Of a stretch of DNA of 11,198 bases, positions 7,452 to 11,198 are shown in pieces. The stretch's first letter is position 1. Every line of letters starts with the position of its first letter. The notes beneath the pieces were generated by a model. That model had not been told where the DNA came from. It made no database searches and was given only the letters and a program-made list of their open reading frames with translations. The DNA is from an archaeon. GTDB taxonomy: Archaea > EX4484-52 > B79-G9. The translations under genes were made by a program, and so were the position numbers. The stretch is from the NCBI GenBank assembly GCA_043813875.1, contig JBDRKP010000044.1, forward strand, positions 1 through 11,198, written 5' to 3'.

Positions 7452-8130
7452 TCATGCCGCCTGGGGTGGCAAGCTTTTTATTTGACAATAAAAAGGCTTC
7501 GAGCGCGAGTGAGATGATTTTTTGGGCTCGTATCGCTTTTTTTCTTCAAAATCATGCCACTTCGTGGCAAGCTTTGCTTGCTCTTTTCCGTACCCAAGCA
7601 AATGGTATTTTACGTCTTTCAAGGCAGGGTTTTTCGGGATTGCGTGTATCTTGTATGGCTTCTCTTTCTTTAGTTTTTGCCTTATGCGGGATAGCGTGTC
7701 TTTTGTTGTTTTTATTGCGGCGTCTTTGATGCCGTGGATTTTGGGGCGCTTTTTTGCCATTATGTTTTTTGGAATTTTCGGCATGATGCTCTGGGGTTTG
7801 TAATCGAGGGGGTCTTTTTTCTTTTTTCTCCAGTCGTAGATCATGAAACTTCTGTCCAGAAGATCCAGTTTCAAGCTTTTCAAGGCATTCAATCGGGGTC
7901 TTATGCCGTTGAAAATCAGGTAAAGGATGGACAGTATCAAAGTGGTGAGTGAGATGGCTGCGCCGATATCATGCCACTCTGCGGCTCGTACTCTATCTTT
8001 ATCTTTAAATCTCCTGTCTCGTTTATCCGGAAGCCGTTGATGACGGAGTAAAGGGGGGGGACGGAGCATACCATTTTCGACGAAACCGCAGTGCTGTTGA
8101 TTTTGCCGGTACATACATTCCATAAAAACC
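7452..8130 (-). pseudogene. 3' remnant of a membrane-anchored surface protein with Lys-rich tail
   Basis: One frame reads ..PLYSVINGFRINETGDLKIKIEYEPQ, then a frameshift near 7980 leads into WHDIGAAISLTTLILSILYL (TM) and the Lys-rich tail. No credible 5' part. Confidence 0.55.
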
Positions 8131-8168
8131 CTGCATAAATTAATATTAATGCACCTCAAACAATCCGT

Positions 8169-8507
8169 ATGAATCTTTCCTATATAAAGAATCTCCTTCG
8201 GAAAACAAAAAAAGAGAATTATAAAATCAAGGCTAATATACGGCATAAAATTGAAAAGATTCACAATGTTTCGATGGATGAAGTCTTTAAAAAGCTGGAT
8301 GACCCCGGGAATCTGGTTTCTGTTAAGACGTATCCATGCCGTTCAAAACATGATGAATCGTACAGGATTTATTTTGAGATAAGCAAAAGGAAAAAGCTTG
8401 TTGTCGGCATAACATATAAGAAGCTGTTGAAGAGAATCCATATTATAACCGCATTTCACACCACTAAAAAAACAGATAAACTTATAAGGAAAGCAAGGCC
8501 AAGATAA
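8169..8507 (+). CDS. DUF4258/BrnT-like (RelE-fold) toxin candidate
   Basis: 112 aa basic protein: H..EK.HNVSMDEV..YRIYF..LVVGI..IHIITAF pattern; directly upstream of a DUF2283-like gene. Confidence 0.6.
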   Translation: MNLSYIKNLLRKTKKENYKIKANIRHKIEKIHNVSMDEVFKKLDDPGNLVSVKTYPCRSKHDESYRIYFEISKRKKLVVGITYKKLLKRIHIITAFHTTKKTDKLIRKARPR

Positions 8508-8519
8508 ATTGTGTTAAGT

Positions 8520-8846
8520 ATGAAGAATATATCATTTGAATATGACTATGGGGCAAATTATCTGATTGTCCATAAAAACAAACCTGCAAAGGCGAGCATA
8601 GAGCTTGGAGAGATAATTGTTGACATAGATAAATATAATCAGGTAACTGCAGTTGAAATTATGAATCCTGACAAGCTTTTCGGCATTCCAAAAAAGGCCC
8701 TGAAGAACATAGACGAGGCTAAAATAAGGACTGAATACAGGGACGGGATGTTCTGGATATTTCTGATACTCAGGATTGGTAAAGAGACAAGGCCGATAAG
8801 CATCCCGTTATTTCTTGAGCAGCCGGCATTAGCGGCATCAGCTTAG
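8520..8846 (+). CDS. DUF2283-like antitoxin candidate
   Basis: FEYDYGANYLIV..SIELGEIIVDIDKYNQVTAVEIMN matches the YD..D.L/I.D.D..G...GIEI pattern. Confidence 0.7.
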   Translation: MKNISFEYDYGANYLIVHKNKPAKASIELGEIIVDIDKYNQVTAVEIMNPDKLFGIPKKALKNIDEAKIRTEYRDGMFWIFLILRIGKETRPISIPLFLEQPALAASA

Positions 8847-8863
8847 CGGCATGAATTGCCGTT
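8845..8863. terminator. Short hairpin between convergent genes
   Basis: AGCGGCA-TGAAT-TGCCGTT at the DUF2283-like stop codon. Confidence 0.3.
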
Positions 8864-8881
8864 GTCTCTCTTGTCCCGCAA

Positions 8882-9278
8882 TTATACGTTTTTGCCATCT
8901 CCCGGGTTTTTTACGTATTCCACAAACCGGGCGAGGACGCCGGCGCACAGGAGGTGCAGTAAAAAACCCGCGATGGTTTTTTCCACATACATAAATCGCT
9001 TACAGCGATTTAGTATAGTAGGCGAGGATGGCGGTCGCGTTTGCCGCTGTTTCGGTTGCAAATGCAAGCTGGAAGGCTGAGACCGCCAAAAGGATGAGGG
9101 CGAAGGCGATCGGGATTCTTGAGTCGTGTTTTCTTGTGACTATTATGATTAGAAGGATGATGAAGATCGCCAATTGGGTGAGTTCTGATCCTGTGAAGCG
9201 GGCGATTAGGACGGCTATCGCCGTGTTGATTATCGGGAGGTCTGCGATGGTTTTCAGTTCTTCCAGGGGGTTTTTCAT
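8882..9278 (-). pseudogene. Small membrane protein paralog 2, interrupted by a 61-nt insertion
   Basis: Aligns with 5340-5924. Removing 8955-9015 gives ..TAILAYY|LLCAGVLARFVEYVKNPGDGKNV (111 aa) versus paralog TAILAYYLLCVGVLAQFIEYIKNPEDD. Confidence 0.85.
8955..9015 (-). mobile_element. 61-nt twin-hairpin insertion C
   Basis: TAC TA|TAC TAAATCGCT GTA AGCGATTTA TGTATG TGG AAAAAACC ATCGCG GGTTTTTT ACTGCA|C CTC. Absent from paralog 1 (empty site near 5661-5663). Confidence 0.85.
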
Positions 9279-9339
9279 GCTATCTCTTCCTGTCTCTGGC
9301 CATGAGGCGCTTTTTGGTGTCTTCTATCTGCTTTTCGAT

Positions 9340-9683
9340 GGTGCGGTCTTCGAATCATGCCACTTTGAGTGGCAAGCTTTTGAATCCTTGGGATTCAAAA
9401 TGGCCATTTTTTGGGTTTGTATTTCTGCTTTTCTTCAAAATCATGCCACTTCGTGGCAAGCTTTGCTTGCTCTTTTCCGTGTCCCAAGCAAATGGTATTT
9501 GACGTCTTTCAATGCAGGGTTTTTCGGGGGCTTCTGTTTTTTTAGATTCTGGATGCTTGATAGCGTGTCTTTTGTTGTCTTTATTGCGTGGTCTTTGATG
9601 GCGTGGAGCGGGTTGCGCTTTTTGGGCATGATGTTTTGGGGTTTTTATTTGAGCGGGTCTTTTTTGTGGTCGTATATCAAACA
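9340..9683 (-). pseudogene. Degenerate second copy of the Lys-rich tail region (paralogous to about 7450-7843)
   Basis: Shared AIKTTKDTLS, PKNPALKDVKYHLLG and GKEQAKLATKWHDFEEK; extra base near 9481 relative to the 7591 region. Confidence 0.65.
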
Positions 9684-9712
9684 TATATATATATATAAAT
9701 CTAATTTAATTC

Positions 9713-10129
9713 ATGGATGAAAAAACAAAAGATAGAGATATCATTTATCCGACACCTGAAAGAATCGTGGAATATAACCTTTTCGTCCTTACTGTGATTG
9801 ACGCGAAAAAGGGGGATAAGGCAGAGGTTTTAAGCTACCGCAAGATTGCTGATGTTGTTGAAGGATGCAAGAATCTGGAGGGAGACATCTACGACAAGGC
9901 AGCGTTTCTGATGAAGTCACTGATACAAAAGCATCCGTTTGCAAGCGGCAACAGAAGGACAGCGTTTATTGTCGCAAAAGGATTTTCGCTTGATAATCAT
10001 GCAAAATTCAATATTGCGGATAATCCTATGAATGCGAGAGTGATGATCGGCATAAGGGAGAGTTATTATACTGATCCGGAGATAAAGGAGTGGATTAGAG
10101 ATGGAACAATCCGAGAATTTAGACGATAA
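9713..10129 (+). CDS. Fic/Doc family toxin
   Basis: HPFASGNRRTA Fic motif; IYDKAAFLMKSLIQKHPF is typical of Doc-like proteins; 138 aa. Confidence 0.9.
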   Translation: MDEKTKDRDIIYPTPERIVEYNLFVLTVIDAKKGDKAEVLSYRKIADVVEGCKNLEGDIYDKAAFLMKSLIQKHPFASGNRRTAFIVAKGFSLDNHAKFNIADNPMNARVMIGIRESYYTDPEIKEWIRDGTIREFRR

Positions 10130-10223
10130 GAGAAGATACGAGATAGTATCCGAAGAGCTGAAGAGATTCAACAAGCTTGTAAAGGGACACAAGAAGATTC
10201 TTTATGCTATCGGAAATCTTTGA
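10101..10223 (+). CDS. 40-aa peptide, putative Doc antitoxin (not in ORF track)
   Basis: MEQSENLDDKRRYEIVSEELKRFNKLVKGHKKILYAIGNL*; overlaps the Doc 3' end by 29 nt; amphipathic helix pattern. Confidence 0.6.
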   Translation: MEQSENLDDKRRYEIVSEELKRFNKLVKGHKKILYAIGNL

Positions 10224-10278
10224 ATTGGGTGTCTTTTTTGGGTTCCCTGGGTGTCCTGCCAGATTTTCCGGCCGTGTC

Positions 10279-11198
10279 TCATGGGGCGGGATCGCGGATA
10301 TTTCTCAAAATGAGAAGAAGATACAGGAATGTCATTATCGATATGATGTATCCGGTGTAGGATGAGCTTTTTTTTATTTCCGTGTCTCCAACGTATTCCC
10401 AGATGTTTACGGGCTGGTTTTGTAGTTTCTTTGATGCGCCAAGGGTCCATGCGTCGCTGTATGTGTCTGCGAGGACGACGTACTTTTTTTGTGGCTCTTC
10501 TATGATGTAGCTGTTGTCTTTAATCTTTTCGTATGCTAGCGGGGTTATGTCTTCGCCGCCTGTCTGGTAGATCCTGTAGGTGGGGATGGTGTTAACGTAG
10601 AGGAGGAGGTTTGTGGTGTTTTTTATCAATGTGATGTCTTCCTGGGTGTTCAGGAGCTGCTCGTAGGGTTTGTAGTCTACTTCTTTTTTCAGGAGGATGT
10701 ATTTTACGTTTATTTTTGCGAGTGACTGGCCTAAACCGGTCGTGTTCCGGGTCATTATTGATTCTATGTATCCTGATCCCGGGTTGTTGCTGCTTGAGTA
10801 GATTCCTCCTGTTTCCATGTTGTCGCCTGTTATCATGGGTTTTTTGAAGAATGAGCGGGCTACGTTCGCCAGTCTCTTGTCTTTGTTTTTGTTCCATGAA
10901 TAGTCCATGTACTGTCAAAGCCACTGGCTTTGCCATATCCTCAAGGCAGGTCTGCTTGAGGATACTGGTGCCAGGGGAGGACGAGGGTGTTGAAGTCGCT
11001 TTTGTCGTTGCTTAAGTAGGCGTCCATCCCGTAGTAGTCCGCGGGGTAGTCCTGGGCGGGGAGGGCGCCTGAAAAGCCGAAGAACATCATGTATGAGTAG
11101 ATGACGGGGAGGATGATGAGGATGCAGCCTTTTTTTCCTATTCTTTCTGTACCGAGGCTGCCGAGGTAGGCGTAGGCGAGGACTGCGAGGCCTATGAA
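10279..11198 (-). pseudogene. GT-C-like membrane protein paralog 2 (5' end outside window), interrupted by a 53-nt insertion
   Basis: 11198-10963 reads FIGLAVLAYAYLG..YPADYYGMDAYL..NTLVLPWHQY with no stop, and joins MDYSWNKNKDKRLANV once 10910-10962 is removed; colinear with paralog 1 (LPWHQYMDYSW). Confidence 0.85.
10910..10962 (-). mobile_element. 53-nt twin-hairpin insertion B
   Basis: CAG TA|TCCTCAAG CAGACCTGC CTTGAGGATA TGG CAAAGCC AGT GGCTTTG ACAGTA|C ATG. CAGTA direct repeat; empty site in paralog 1 near 2705-2707. Confidence 0.9.

Noticed and set aside
9028..9720. 230-aa plus-strand ORF and other antisense ORFs (385, 554, 946, 1288, 5674, 7430 etc.)
   Set aside because: Antisense shadows of minus-strand genes; no promoter, motif or independent support.
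8955..10962. Inserts as integron attC sites or tRNA fragments
   Set aside because: They lie inside codons rather than between cassettes, lack RYYYAAC/GTTRRRY ends and show no cloverleaf.

Overview
AT-rich, archaeal-looking accessory region (TATA boxes about 25 nt upstream of starts, HTH-MNT/HEPN pairs; DPANN-like by inference). Six toxin-antitoxin modules alternate with duplicated membrane/surface genes. The TA modules are three MNT(-HEPN), one AbiEi/AbiEii-like, one DUF4258/DUF2283-like and one Fic/Doc plus a 40-aa peptide. The duplicated genes are two GT-C-like polytopic paralogs, two small TM paralogs and two Lys-rich tail fragments. The main result is five short (53-82 nt) frame-breaking insertions inside three protein genes: three in one HEPN gene, one in the small TM paralog and one in the GT-C-like paralog. 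All sit at a TA^Y site on the coding strand, and removing them exactly restores the reading frame. Four share a conserved twin-hairpin fold (TAT-stem1-TR-TGG-stem2-bulged A-CWRYA) with compensatory changes despite divergent stems. They are candidates for an undescribed mini-intron/recoding element or a tiny non-autonomous mobile element; the sequence alone cannot decide which.
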